Positions 35,700-48,810 of a stretch of DNA of 64,000 nucleotides are shown here, in pieces. A program made the position numbers and the translations under genes. The notes under the pieces were generated by a model. It searched no databases. It was not told the DNA's origin and saw only the letters and a list, made by a program, of their open reading frames with translations. Numbering within the stretch: position 1 is the stretch's first letter; each line of letters begins with the position of its first letter. Where the stretch lies: assembly GCA_000002445.1 (NCBI GenBank), contig CM000207.1, forward strand, positions 1-64,000, given 5' to 3'. Source of the stretch: Trypanosoma brucei (lineage: Eukaryota).

Positions 35700-35900
35700 T
35701 CACCTGGAGAATAATTTTACAACTAGGGATGCTTCTGGATTACCATGCTCATAAAAAAAATAATGAAAACGTAAAAAATCATAAATAATACATATATGAA
35801 TATGTGGAAGAGGTTTATAAAGTAGAGAGAATCAATGGTGATACTCTTCCAATTTTCTATTGATACATTGGTCTGATATTAAAAGCTTTGAAGAAAAGAG
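35700..35900 (+). repeat. VSG-upstream module type 2, copy 1
   Basis: ...gagaatcaatggtgatactcttccaattttctattgatacattggtctgatattaaaagc... recurs at 42770-42850 and 54480-54560. Confidence 0.5.
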
Positions 35901-36576
35901 TAATTCCTATTTAGGTAATTCGTGACACAGAAATTATGGATCATCTCAAACACTTCAAAGAAAATAAGTGGAATCACGGCCAAAAATGCCTAAATAGAGA
36001 CGAAAAATACATACAACAAAAGAGGAAAATACTACAGAATGCTCAAGGTAATCCGTATTGTAGAAATGTCGACGTCATATCGTCATTGCAGATGAATATA
36101 TACAGCAGGAGCCGACCAACACTAGATGAGCACAGCGCAGAACATTAGTGAAAATGTTTTATATATAGATACAGAACACAATAGATTGGAAAGTAAAAGT
36201 GAAAACATTTCGAAAAATAAAACTCATGCAATGACTACAAACATTTTTGCATTTCCCACAAAAACTAGAGCAGCGCTGCTAACGCGGGCAACGGACAGTT
36301 GTAATATTGTCACCTTAATATTATTTTCTTCCAGATGCATCCGATAAGCTATTCAGAAACATTAATGAGCGAAATCTAGAAATAAAAAAAGAAGAAGAGA
36401 TAACAGAACCTAATTTACAACTACATCACTTTACAACGTATGCGGTGCAACAATTATTAATACCCTTTTGGCAGCGGTGACCGCAGTTTTAAACACCCCC
36501 GACACGAAATTTAAAGAATGGGACAAACCAACCCCCAAACTTTCTTCCAAAAGCCCCATACACACACAGATTTGAG

Positions 36577-38188
36577 ATGGTTTCACTAACAGCACTAGTT
36601 TTCGTCATCTGTGTCGTGCCAGGGATCAGGGCGGCGAGCAAAGCGGCTCTACATGCCAAAGCCGTAAACCAGGTTTGTGAGCTAACGCACGACCTAAAAG
36701 CAGCCACTGTCGATCTTGTCTCACTAATTAACAATACCAAGGCAGACTTGGTGGAAATCGAAAAGGCCGAACAGTGAGCTCAACTTTACTACTGGAAACT
36801 GGGGCCGAATCATACAGCCTGGGCCAAGGCAAGAGTCTATGCAGCTTTCTCAGCGAGAAAACGGCAAGTGGCTGAGGCGGCGTTCGCTCAACTAGCAGCA
36901 ATAGCAGCAGAAACAGCAGGGCGCAGCGGCTTAGCAGCAGGCCGCCTAGACGAATTCGTCAATATCTTTTATACAACAGCGGGTTCAGCAAACGGCTGTT
37001 TAACGAAAACCACAGCCGCGCAAACCAAAGCAACGCACACAGCCTTAACAAAGTGTTACTCGGCACCGAACACGATGACGCGAATCCCAACAATAATCGG
37101 TGCAGGAGCCGCTCAACCAGGGACGACAGCGACGACAATAACAACGAAGATAACCAGTGCCATAGGCAAAGTCAAAAGAACCGGCGCCAAGCTTGCGGAT
37201 CAAGCAACCCAGATTCTCGGCAACGGTAACCAATGCGAGTACCTCACAACAACAGCTAACCACGGCATCTTTACAACAGGACAGCTAACATTAAGATTCG
37301 GAGACGACCTAATAATTGTCACAAGCGGCGATAATGCACACACCTACACGGCCTAACACGAGAAGGCGCCGACATATGGCCGACAAGCAACACTTTACGA
37401 CGTGAAACAGGCATTAGCCAAGCTTACCACGCCCGAAGCAACAATCGAACCAGCAAAAAAATGCTAACAATAGAAGGAAGGGAGAAGCTCAGCAGCGACA
37501 CCCAGCTTCAGGAAGCATACGCCGACATCCTAGGGATAGCGAGAGAAATCGTAACGGAGCAAACAATCGAAGCTGCTTTTGGAACCAAAGACGAAAAAAC
37601 ATTCAAAAACAAGTTATGGAATGCAATTGACAGCTCAGAAGTTGAAACTATTTCGTTCAACAAATAGGGAAGTGGCACCACAAAAATAAACCTTGCCCCT
37701 ACAGTAGAGGACCTAACGAAGGCACTATTTTTTTACCAGAACAAAAGCATAAACAAGCTTCAAAAACAGGCAACAGAAAGCGTGGAAGGTAAAATATCCT
37801 GTCAAACACCAGGGACTAAAGAAACAAAGACACCATCTAAAGAAGAGTGCGCCAAACACAAAGAGCAAGAACCGTGCAAGAACGCGGGATGCAAATTCGA
37901 TAATAACAAAAAAGATGGTGAAAAATGCTTTCCAGACCATGAGAGAAAAACAGATAAGAAAGATGAAGGAGATGGAAAAACGACAACTGTAAACTGTGGC
38001 CAACATACTGAGAAAACTAAATGTGAGGAAGAAAACAAGGGTAAAACAACCCCGTTTGTGGCTGGAAAAGGGGCAAAAACGGCGAAACAGATGAGCCTGA
38101 CAAAGAAAAAAGCAGAAACAACAGTTTTCTTGTCAATAAGAAATTCGCTCTTATGGTTGCTATTTCTCTTATTTATGTGGCATTTTAA
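36577..38188 (+). pseudogene. VSG pseudogene (b-type-like N-terminus) with multiple frameshifts
   Basis: N-terminus MVSLTALVFVICVVPGIRAASKAALHAKAVNQVCELTHDLKA (ORF 36577..36777). The N-domain continues in ORF 36868..37356, then 37461..37667. C-terminal Cys-rich domain in ORF 37782..38327, with the GPI signal SFLVNKKFALMVAISLIYVAF* in a shifted frame ending at 38188. Confidence 0.7.
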
Positions 38189-38439
38189 CACTTTAAGAAT
38201 TTTTCCCAATTTTAAGAAGTTTATGAAACTTTATACTTTGAGAGAATTTGCTTTGCTTGCTAAATTTTTATGTGTCTTATCACTCATTGATGGAAATTTT
38301 AAAAATAGTAAAAATGCAAAAATATGAAGACTAGGTATGACATTGGGCTGTGGGCGTAAAGCACTATGGTTGTAAGGTATGAAAAATGAGTCATATTCCA
38401 ATATTGTATATTTTCTCTATCTTGTTTACTAAATGGACA

Positions 38440-38600
38440 TTAGCATGGGTTATAATAGCAATATTTTATTGCAATAATAGTGGCTTTCTGTGAGTGTGTA
38501 TATGCTAATATTTTAATAAAAGTAGTAATAATAATAATAACAATAATAATAGGAGTGTGTTGTGAGAGTGTATATAATAATATTATAATAAAAGGAGTTG
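38440..38600 (+). repeat. 70-bp repeats, forward, ~2 units
   Basis: ...aataataggagtgtgttgtgagagtgtatataataatattataat... Confidence 0.8.
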
Positions 38601-40418
38601 TAAATACTAAATATGTGGACAGAATAGGAACAATTCAAACAATAGAAAAGGTGAAATTGGAGAGAGAGTGTGTAAGAGATAAAGAGAACGTGGAATATTA
38701 TTAAAATAAAGTAAAGACAGGGAGGAAAGACGAATTGAAGATGCGCAGTTTTATACACAAACATGACTATGACCAGCATCATACATAAGGAGATAAGGGA
38801 GAGAACAATAAAGGAGACACAGTGTCTGGAAAAAATGAAGGCACCGAAAGTAATGCAAAGAAGCATTGCAAGTTAAATGGACACTAGTTGCGCTTTTTTC
38901 AATATGCTCTCAAGAACTCGTCAAATAATGCATTATTTAACTCAAAGCACTCTCATGGATAAAGATCAGCCTTCCACAGAGAATATAGCTGACTAATAGC
39001 TGTGAACGTTGCCTGAAAGTGCGTTTCTTGTACGGAAGGTAACTACTCTTATATGTAAATTATAATGTAGCGGTTTTTGATTTCACCCAACTTTGCCTTA
39101 AATGTCAAAAGTAGCATAAAATTTAAAAAGTGACAGGAAGAGAAAGAACGCACAAACCACAAGTGGAAAAGCAAAATTAAGACTCTTATTTCTGCTTAAG
39201 GTAGCTTATAAACGTCAACCTTTGATCCTCATGTACTCAGGCGAGTTCGTAAAGTTACAAGACAAAACAAAGCATTTTTTGTCCTAGGATGATGCCAGGT
39301 AGAGGTTTGGAAAGTGAGGTTAAATGGAAGATGTAGAAAATTACATATGTTCTGACTTTTTAGACGATGATTAAAAATTATTATCAGAACAAAAACCAGA
39401 AAAAGGAGTAATTTCCGATCATAATTTCATCCATTTTACATGTTTCTGTCTCTTTAAGCTTATAACAAAAAACATCAAGAAACAAAATGTCCTTTAAAAA
39501 CATAAAAAAACTTTGCGTATAATAGTTTTACGATATGGTCCAGCAGAAAAAAACAAGTTCTATTTAGCGCAAACACACAGTCAAATAAAAAATGCAAAGA
39601 ATAAGCAACTAAAAAGAAGCAACCAATTAGTTTGAATAACTGCAGTCTTAGCAACTCTCCCTAACACACACGGCAAAGAAAGACAATAAAAACGACACAA
39701 TAGCAATAAAGCGACCATATCTTCCCGAAAGTGGCCACTCCAGGCGGCTCAACTATTGCCTTTCACTGGGGTAAAGGCTCAATTCACCGAAGAAACTGAA
39801 GTCTAGAGCCAGCGATCTTTTCAGCAGAAGTCTGAAACGGTAGACAGAATTGGACAGAGTCTAAAGAAACAGCGTTGAACAAATCACGGGTACACCAGTT
39901 GGTTTGGCCTAATTTTTCAAACTCAATAGCAATGTAATGGAAGTGTATTTTTTAAAACAAAGGGTATCATTACCAAGAAAATTGTAAACGGCTTGAAAAG
40001 ACACGAAGTTCAATTCACAGGCGCAAGCACACAGACAAATAAAGCCAGACCATGGTCGAGCAAACAATTAGATTCCGTATATTTATTCCGAAACAAATAC
40101 GAAAAGGGAAAAGGGAAGAAAACTACATGCCTCAGCGACCAAATAATGCAGACAACCAACTCTATTTCTAGAACGAGCATTTAAAGCTAAAACATCCGAA
40201 CGGCAGAAAATCCCTGGACTTGGTCATTTTGTATGCGGCAAAAACCACACAGAAAACAGTGCAAGTATCAACTTGTTCAGGCGACACAGCAAGTCAGAGA
40301 AACATAATACCTTCATACAAGACACCACTTCCGAATATGACTAATGAACCACAACTCCGGTAAATGCAAATCTGCCATTAAAATACTTCCTGGTTTTTAA
40401 TTACTTCTTGTTAGTCAC

Positions 40419-41750
40419 CATGAAGGCTTACTTAGTGATTTTTTTACTCTTTGGCGTGTTTTTTCAGATCCAAACAGCATACGCTGACGACAATGATGAG
40501 CTGGCGACAGCGGCAGCGACGTTATGCGAGGAAAAGGCTTATCTAACATAGCTGAGGCCACACTTAACAGCTGCTGCACCGAAAAAAGCAAAGACACAAA
40601 AGAAGCCTCGGAACTGACATAGCAAGCGACAAGGTACCTGTGGCCGCGGAAGCTACCAGCGAGCATATAAGGCTGATTAAGAAGGTGAAACACTTTGCAA
40701 AGATAACATTCACAGACTCAGGAGCACCGCACGGAGGCAGCAACGCAAACAGCCGCAATTTTAATATAAACAAGACGCTAGGGGGAAAGCCGCTATGCAC
40801 AGCAGTTGAAAACATCAATAGGAGAGGAGGTAAAAACAAACAGTCTGAGTATAGCAAGCCGCATACAATTAAGACATAAGACGCAACTAAGATAATGGAC
40901 TTCCTAGAAGGGGTGAAGACAACACTAACTGTCCTCAACAGCTGCACAGACACAACCGGCGTAAGCCGCACATACACGGCAGCGATGGTCTCCAGCTCGT
41001 ACCTCAGCAGCACAACAGTAACCGCAACTCTAACAAGAGCAGACACAACCTACCACGGCCAAGACAAACATATTTTTGTTGATACGAGAGCCAAGAAACC
41101 TGAAAAGAAACTACAATCACAGACAGCAATGCCAAAGACAAAAAACAAAATGCATTTGCTTTTCGAAGCACCGAAATCAATAGACACGCAGACTGCAAAC
41201 CCAAGTGAGCTTAGCGGCGCGACCCTCGAGAGTGACCACGAAACTCTAACAACATCCGCAACTGCAACCCACAGTTTCAGGCGATAAGCGACATAAACGC
41301 CGGAGATGAAGCTAAAGCACTAAAAAAGTACGTCAAAGAAGCTTACGGTGAGGACAGCGCAAAATTCAGCGAAAAAAATTCATCAAACGACTAAGCCAAA
41401 TTAAACCAACTGTGAGGAAGGACAAAACAAGCGACGCCACAAAGAGCGTGGATGACGTGGTAAATAGCGCCGACAGTGGCGCGGCACAAAGCCATGCCGA
41501 AGGAGAAAGAATTAAAAGGGAAAAAGAAGCAGGAAAAAAGAGTGCTATTGCTAAAGCAGTTTATTTCAAAGCAACAGAGGACTACAAAGCAGAGAAAAAA
41601 CGAAAGTAAATGCAACAATAAGAACCGGTGTGAATAAAAAGAAGGTAAGTGCAAGGATAAAGTGGAAGAATCAGCAGGGGGAACAGGAAACACCACAGAG
41701 AGCAATTATTTGGTGATAAGAGCTCCTTTTTTCTCCGCATTTTTGCTTCT
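40419..41750 (+). pseudogene. VSG pseudogene, heavily degenerate
   Basis: Signal MKAYLVIFLLFGVFFQIQTAYADDNDELATAAATLCEEKAYLT*, then several frames (ORFs 40640.., 40895.., 41412..), ending ...APFFSAFLLL-like. 16-mer-like GGATTTATTTTAACAT at 41840. Confidence 0.6.
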
Positions 41751-41899
41751 GTAATTAAAAATTTATAAAGATTTTTGCTCAATTTTATGAAAACTACGAA
41801 ACATTCCTTGTTAAGAGAATTTGATAAATTATCTAAATTGGATTTATTTTAACATTTTTGTAAAACACTTGAGAAATTGCAAATTTGAATAAAAGTAAA

Positions 41900-41904
<5 letters not shown>

Positions 41905-41932
<28 letters not shown>
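41905..41932. repeat. (TA)14 microsatellite
   Basis: atatatatatatatatatatatatatat. Confidence 0.9.
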
Positions 41933-41934
<2 letters not shown>

Positions 41935-42039
41935 CATGAAGGTGTTCTGTAGATGTAAAGCAGTATGGTGTTATGGTATGAAAAATTATTGATTTTCTAA
42001 TTTGGTTCATTTGCTTTATGGAAAACGGAAATGATAATA

Positions 42040-42115
42040 AACGTAAAAGATAACAACGAAAGCAATGCAAGAGCTTTGTAAGTGTGTATAATGCTCAAAT
42101 TGTAATTAGAGTGTT
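42040..42115 (+). repeat. Degenerate 70-bp repeat, forward
   Basis: gataataaacg...gtaagtgtgtataatgctcaaattgtaattagag. Confidence 0.5.
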
Positions 42116-42689
42116 TGTAACGGCCGAATGAATTTTTTGAGTAGAAGAACTTAAAATAAAAGTTCATTTGCAGTAGATATGAGTAGAGGTTAGAGGGAGA
42201 GTATGAAGAATATTATTAAAGTAAATGGTAAAAGTTAGTGAGAGAAATAAATATGGAATATTTGACGTGTAATACACAAACATTACGGTGGGGATAATTA
42301 AGCACAATGAGATAATTGAGGGAATAGTGAGGGAACGTAGAAACACTGTGTTTAGGATAAAATTCTTCGGTACGCTATTGGCAGAAATAACAGCAAAAGA
42401 CGACAAGGAAGAAATAATATAAAGAAAAGAAGATTTACGAATAATTACATGTATTTTACTTAAGAATGGGTAGTTTCTGCCGCTGAGAAGCGGCAGTTAT
42501 GGTTTTTAATCTGATCGAAGATCCTAATATTCAATTGCGAAAAGAAACAGGAGGAGGAACAGATTTGGTAATTGTAAAGTAATGTTTAAGCTATCTTCTC
42601 ACCAGACATTGTAATATTGATAAACATATTGGGAAACAATATAACATCATTTGGTGAAAATGTTTAATACTAGGAGCAGTAATGTATTT

Positions 42690-42900
42690 CTATGAACAGC
42701 ATAAGAAGAATAGAAACTCAAAAATTGCTTCACATAGCCGATAAATGGACTAATGGAGCGTTACTGCAAGGTGATAAAATCAATGGTGATACTCTTCCGA
42801 TTCTGTATCGTTATACAGCTCTGATATTAAGGCTTTTTTCAGAGGAGAGCAATAAATATAACAAAAGGTCACTAAATCGCACCTTGAAGACAGCATGAGT
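42690..42900 (+). repeat. VSG-upstream module type 2, copy 2
   Basis: ...aaaatcaatggtgatactcttccgattctgtatcgttatacagctctgatattaaggc... (ORF 42692..42898 is a translation of this module). Confidence 0.5.
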
Positions 42901-43484
42901 AAAACGCAAGCAATAAGGAACACACATTTAATACACAAAGTTCCCCGTTTTAAACGATACCGACCCAAAGGTTGGATACATGACAGAGTTAAGAAGTAAT
43001 AGCGAAACCGTATTTGTGAGAGTCAGCAGTGGTACCTGACTATTTTGAGTCAGGAAATAATGTAAAATTAGCGCAACGACAGCAAAAGTGAAAACCATAA
43101 ATTTTAAATACTTTATATGCGGTAAAAGATACGTTATTGTAAAAACTCGTAAAAAAGGGATTGTAAATTATAATAATGCAAACAAAAAATAGACAAAGTC
43201 TTGTATAGATTGAAATTAGCTGGAAACCCTGGAAAAGAACAAAATATAGGTTAAAATGTTTTCATAATTTTTATAACGTCCATGGTTTTCCATGGTAAAA
43301 CTAATTTTTTTATCAGCTGATCAAATGAAAATCGCAACCAAATATAGTGAAAATCTACTTTTTATATTTTTTAATATGTTATTTGTATCTACTGATACCA
43401 AATTAATCAAATAAAAACTATCATTTACTGACCTGGAAATACTGGTTCAGACGAAATACCCGTAATTCCAATCAAGTCGCCAAC

Positions 43485-45221
43485 ATGTTCACCTGTACTA
43501 AAACAACTGCTCTCTCCTCCACAGAAGACCCACCACGTTTGCAACGACAAGAAAAGAAACGACAAAATCCGCAGAGAATGCAACAGTCAAGAAGCAGGAC
43601 ACCGGTCTGCTCCAAAAATTGCGCGCTAAAAGCGCTTTGCATAACCCTAGCGACACTGATACTAGCACCTAAAACTAGCGACGCCGCGGCAGCTACAGCC
43701 GGAAGCAACTCAGCCGTTTTCCAGCACCTGTGCACACTGGTGAATGCAGTCACTGAAGTCGAGAAAGTGGGAGACGTACCGGCGACAGTAACGCAAATAC
43801 ACGCCATTGCAGAAAGAACTGCACTAATATTCAGGGCAGCAAAAGAACTAGAGGAACTAGCAGCCCAAACCCCTGGAACCACAAAAAAGGAAGTGGCGTC
43901 AAAGAAGCCAAACACAATTTGCACTGAACAATTGAAGGACGCATGTGCCAGGGCAGCAACATACTTGAAGCAAATGAAACCACAGGACAGGCAGCATTTA
44001 CTAGCTTTTGTCGCTAGCGGTAACCCAGCAGTGCAGCTAGTAAACGACACGGCTAACTCGTTACTGTTAAAGACGTCAAATTTCATAGCCGATGCAGAAA
44101 AAAGGTCTAATAAGGAAGCTCTAAAACATCTGCGTACGACTTTCTACAGTGAAGGTAGAGACTCAGTAACTAATGCAATATTTGCTGATGCAAGCGGCTG
44201 GAAAGACGAATGCGGTAGCCAGAGCGGGGCAGCAGCCACGGGTGCAAAAAATAATCTAGCTGCAACCTTTCTTTGCCTGTGCGCAGCCGACTCAAGTGGC
44301 TGCAACCCAACCTGCAAGACTTGCGACAACGAGGCGGTGCCGGCCGTCACATTCACAACCGGCGGTAACGACGCGACAACAGCATTCGACAAAATAAAGA
44401 CAATATGCAAACGACGGGCAGCGACACCGAATCTTAACCAGCTACCAGAGGCAATAGCAAAAACGGTAGCCGCAATTGAAGAGGACTTAGCGGCGCACAA
44501 AGGCAACGGCCCCGACGTCGGCATGATTGGCGCCATCACCTCCGGCGGCCGGCCAGCCTGCGACGGCTCCAGCACGGCAGGCAAAGGAGCGTGCGTCTAC
44601 CTTGGTGCAAGCGGGAGCGCGCCGAGCAAGCCAAGCTGGCTCGATGAACTGACCCAAGCACTGCTCGCTGCCCAAACTGCTGCAAAAGCGGAACTCGATA
44701 GCACAGCACAAGCAGCTCATATTGAGGGAATCAACACAACCCTAGCGCTAGCACTACTAAACGGCATTTATCAAACACAAGCCAACAGCAGACAACAGAC
44801 ACATCAGGAGGCGCCTCAACACCCTAGAGAACACATGGCTAACTCAGCCAAGACACAAAAAGAATTTGAGCAACACAAAGACAACAAAACTGCTTGTACA
44901 GAAGCCAAATGCAAATGGAAAGGAGGGGACGATGAAAAAGGGGAGTGCAAAGTAGATAAAAGTAAGGTTAAACAACAGATAAATACAGCAGTAACAGGGG
45001 ATGAAACTGCAGGAACAACAAAAGATGTGTATATATAACACGAAACCAATAATGAAGCCTTTGTATCTGACGAAAAATGTAAAAAAAATAATCGTGCATT
45101 CAGAAAGGGTAAAGATAATGAAGATGACAAGGATACAGAAAAGTATAGAAATGGTAGATTTATCGTCAATAATAAAATGGTTCTGAGTATGAATGCTGCC
45201 TTTTTGGATTTATTTTTCTAA
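43485..45221 (+). pseudogene. VSG with intact N-domain and a C-terminal frameshift (GPI signal out of frame)
   Basis: 517-aa ORF ends ...CKWKGGDDEKGECKVDKSKVKQQINTAVTGDETAGTTKDVYI* with no GPI signal. A shifted frame downstream encodes ...NGRFIVNNKMVLSMNAAFLDLFF* ending at 45219-45221. The probable true start is M at 43581 (MQQSRSRTPVCSKNCALKALCITLATLILAPKTSDA), and the upstream 32 aa look like read-through. 16-mer CGATATTTTTTAACAC at 45253. Confidence 0.75.
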
Positions 45222-45399
45222 ATTTTTTCCCATTTAAAAATTTTTTATAATACGATATTTTTTAACACCTTTTGTAAAAAAGTTGCAGATTTATAAAATT
45301 TTCGTATGAAAGTGGGATATGAGTACAAAAAAGTAAAATGATAGGTTATAAAAGATGAGTGACATTCTAATTTAATTTTGTTTTTTAATGATGGACATT

Positions 45400-45480
45400 A
45401 AGTAGGGCTATAATAGCAATAGTCATAATAATTATTAGATGAGAGTGTTGTGAGTGTATATGCACCAATATTATAAGGTG
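45400..45480 (+). repeat. 70-bp repeat, forward, single
   Basis: ...aattattagatgagagtgttgtgagtgtatatgcaccaatattataag... Confidence 0.75.
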
Positions 45481-46191
45481 AGTGGTTAAGCCTAATTGCA
45501 CGAGCAACATAGAAGCACTTACAACAGTTAAGATAGTGTAATATTAGTAAGTTTGCGAGTTAGAAAGAACAGGCAGGACAATTATGAATGTTATGATAAA
45601 GGAAAATGAAGGGTTGGGGCGACTCACCCGTAATGTCAAAATAAGAAGTGCACAAGTAAAAATCATTAGAAATAATATAGGAAACGCAATCATGGGGAGG
45701 CTCAACGCCTAGGGAGAATAAAAAAAAGTTGACACGTTGAACGCAGCAAAAGCAAAAGGATATTCTGTTGGGCACGGTGCAAAGGAAGACACTCAAATCA
45801 AAGATAAGAAAGAGCGGACTTTTTTTCTTTCGTGCCTTCGTGGGAGTTTCCCCCACTGGCGCGGCCATCAACCATCACCGTAGAGCCCTGAGATGCTATC
45901 GATCTGGCGACTGTGGTAGAGTCTCCCTTTTTTATTCAGCCTAACACACCCTTTATAATTTTTGTTGTAGTTCCGCAGTTGAACGGAATACAGCAGATGG
46001 GGCGAGAAGCCTCCCACTCCGGACTCTCCCAAAGATGTCAATTAGCAATCCTTTTGTTTTGATTTTTGTTATTCGTTTATTATTCTCTTCTCCCTCTTTC
46101 TGTTTCTGTTGCTTGTTGATTGCATACCCCCTCTGTCTCTGAGGGTGTCTGGACTATTCCTGCGTCCGGTGCTTTTCCTGCTAGCTCCACA

Positions 46192-48318
46192 CTAGGCAAT
46201 AAGGGGGGAAGTTGCAGAAGGGAGAGTGGGTTGTATGACTGTTACCTTAGGTGAGGACTTCACCTGCGGCCGGCTCCGTTCAACCGCAATGAGAAACTGC
46301 GCCAGCCTTTTAGAGAAACATACATCCTGCACACACTCACCTTCTACCGCAAACCTGACATGTAACTCCTTCAAACCGGGGCAGCTCATCAAGTGCAGCG
46401 ACGTTTCTTCGCAGTCGCCGCGTTGGCTGGTAACAGCGCGCTCTACCTTCATACCGTGCATCTTCTTTTGATGTAGGGTGAGGCCAGTTTTGCTAGCACA
46501 CTTCCTTCCGCATGTCGGGCACACCAACATGGATGTGTTTGTATGCGGGGAATCAGTGGCACACAATTTTGTGCTTTTGCTGCATTTAAGCTCGGCTCCC
46601 TCACCTTTGTGGAAAGCCTTACAGTGTCGGATGAGGGAGTCCCTGCAACTGAGCACTTTTTGGCACACACCACACTGCACCTCTCCTCTCCCCCGGACGT
46701 CAACGTTTCCCTCACGGGCACGCTTACGAGGGAATTGCACCACCACAACGGTACCTTCCTCCGTCACTATGCTTTTATGTTTGAATTTTTTGTGTAGTGA
46801 CAGGGAAGAGCGTGTACCGAAGCTCGCCTCACACAGGTCACATTGAAACGGCAGCTTCCGTGTATCCTGAGGAGCTGGCACTGCTGGGACGCTACCATCT
46901 CCTTGCACTGAGTCCTCGTTTTCTTGCCCCCTTTTCACGTGGCAACTACCGTTACCTATGCCATGTATTGTTCTAAGGTGGTGTAATAGTCGGCCTTGCA
47001 CTGCGAATTTGGAGGCACAGATGGTACAATGAAGCAACTGCGGTCTCATCGGGACTCGTGTGTTCGATGGTAGAGGAACGATCGCCACCACTGGAGGGGG
47101 CTCCGGGGGGATATCCACTGCAGGTGTTGCATCGCCGTATTTGATCCTCCGGAGGGCATCAGCTCGCACAAAGCCATGTTTGTTTACCATGTGCGTTACA
47201 GCACTCGAGCGGCATTGGTATGTGGCATCACATTCCGTACATTTTGTCGGTTCGGAGGTTCTCTGAAGAGTGCGTGTCGCAACAGGTGGGGCCTTTTGTA
47301 TTGTTGGTCCTATCGGTGCATGTTTCTGGTTGCACCATCGGCACTGTGGAGGCACACTCGGGTTGATCTTTCGCAACATCCATCCATAGTGTCTTGAAGA
47401 CCCAACCCGAAAGCGTGCCAGTGCCGTTTCTTCTTCCCTCGTCAGTTCTTCTTTATGTTTTGTTGGAAAGTGGTTGCCCGTGATACCAAACCTATGAGTG
47501 TTCTCATGGACTTCTTCCGACCTAAGCACTCGCTTCGCATAAGCAATGATGTTGGGGATCCATGTGTCTCGCAACTGTGGTAAATCTGCGGCCTTTTTGG
47601 CCATTTTATCACAAACCTCATTCCGTTTCACGCTACAATGGCCAAACACAAATTGCAGTCGGATACGCACTTTCCTTCTCTGAACTTGAAGCAGAAGCCT
47701 CCATAGTCGTCTCAGAATTAGCTCTGTTACGGGTACGGGGCCTATCTGCAGTGCTGTTAACATTGACAGCGAGTAAGAGAAGATGGACAACCTGCTCGGT
47801 GTGCTTCTGTATGCCAGAAACCATTTCAGCAGCCTTTGCAGTCCTATCTCTAATGCTACGCATTCCGCTCTGTAACTGCATGAGAGTTCCCCTGCTCCGG
47901 TCTTGGGTGCACAAATCAGCGTGTTGTTTCTATGGAGCATGGCAGCTGCTCCGGACTTCTCACCGAGGGACACGGATCCATCAGTCCACAATTCGTAGTG
48001 CTCTCGTCGCGATGGCTCCTTCCCCCTCCGTGCAAAATGCCGTTCAATCCACTTTTCGTAAGCCTCCCTTTTAACATCGTCAGGGTCATCAGCGCACACA
48101 GGCTTTACCTGCGTGTGAAATAGCGGTCGGCAGCTGTGGCGGAGCGTCGATGTCTCTAGTGGGTGCTCGCGTGGCTCAATGTGGAGGTGGGGGTAGGACC
48201 GCATGATGCGGGAATGTAAGACTCTGACTGGGTGTTTGCTGTGGTATACTTCCTCGGCACTGCGCCGCAAACATCCGCCTCGTGACTCATACATCAGCAT
48301 GAATTTCATACTGCCCAC
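46192..48318 (-). pseudogene. ingi copy 2 ORF segment: RNase H/C2H2 zinc-finger C-terminal region
   Basis: About 95% identical at the protein level to the 16124..18853 segment of copy 1. Confidence 0.75.
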
Positions 48319-48810
48319 AAGAGTGGCCGTCTTGAGTGGCAGGAGGTTTGCTTCCAGCAGAGAGTCCTCTTTGCGCGTCCCATGCGGTATGCCGGCTATG
48401 ATGCGACTGGCCTTGTGTTGTGCTGCTGCAAGGAGGTCGCGACTTCGTTTCGAAGCGTCTCAGTACCATACCTCACTGCCATACATGGTGTGTGCCTCTA
48501 CGAGTGCTAGATAAAAAGCTCTCAGTACTTGTCGTCTTGGCCCCCATGTAGAAGTTGAGATGGCTGCTATCTGCAGTAGTCGAAAGTCCATCTTGCGTCT
48601 CGTTTCGGCCGCATGTGTTGCCATCCCTTGCAGACACTGGAATGTTACTCCTAGAAGCTTCGGTGTCCTGTCAGCTCCTATTCTTTCGCCGTTCAGTTGT
48701 AATGTAAGGGAGTGGCGCTCTATACACCCGAAGAGTGTGCACTTTGTTTTCGCTACGTTGACATACATGAAGTACTCTTTTGACCACTGTAACACCACGT
48801 TTAGGCCGCA

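Noticed and set aside
43472-44086. 204-aa minus-strand ORF antisense to the VSG N-domain
   Set aside because: Lies entirely antisense within a well-supported VSG coding region. GC-rich VSG bodies routinely give long spurious antisense frames, and similar ones occur at 30540..31145 and 53255..53647.
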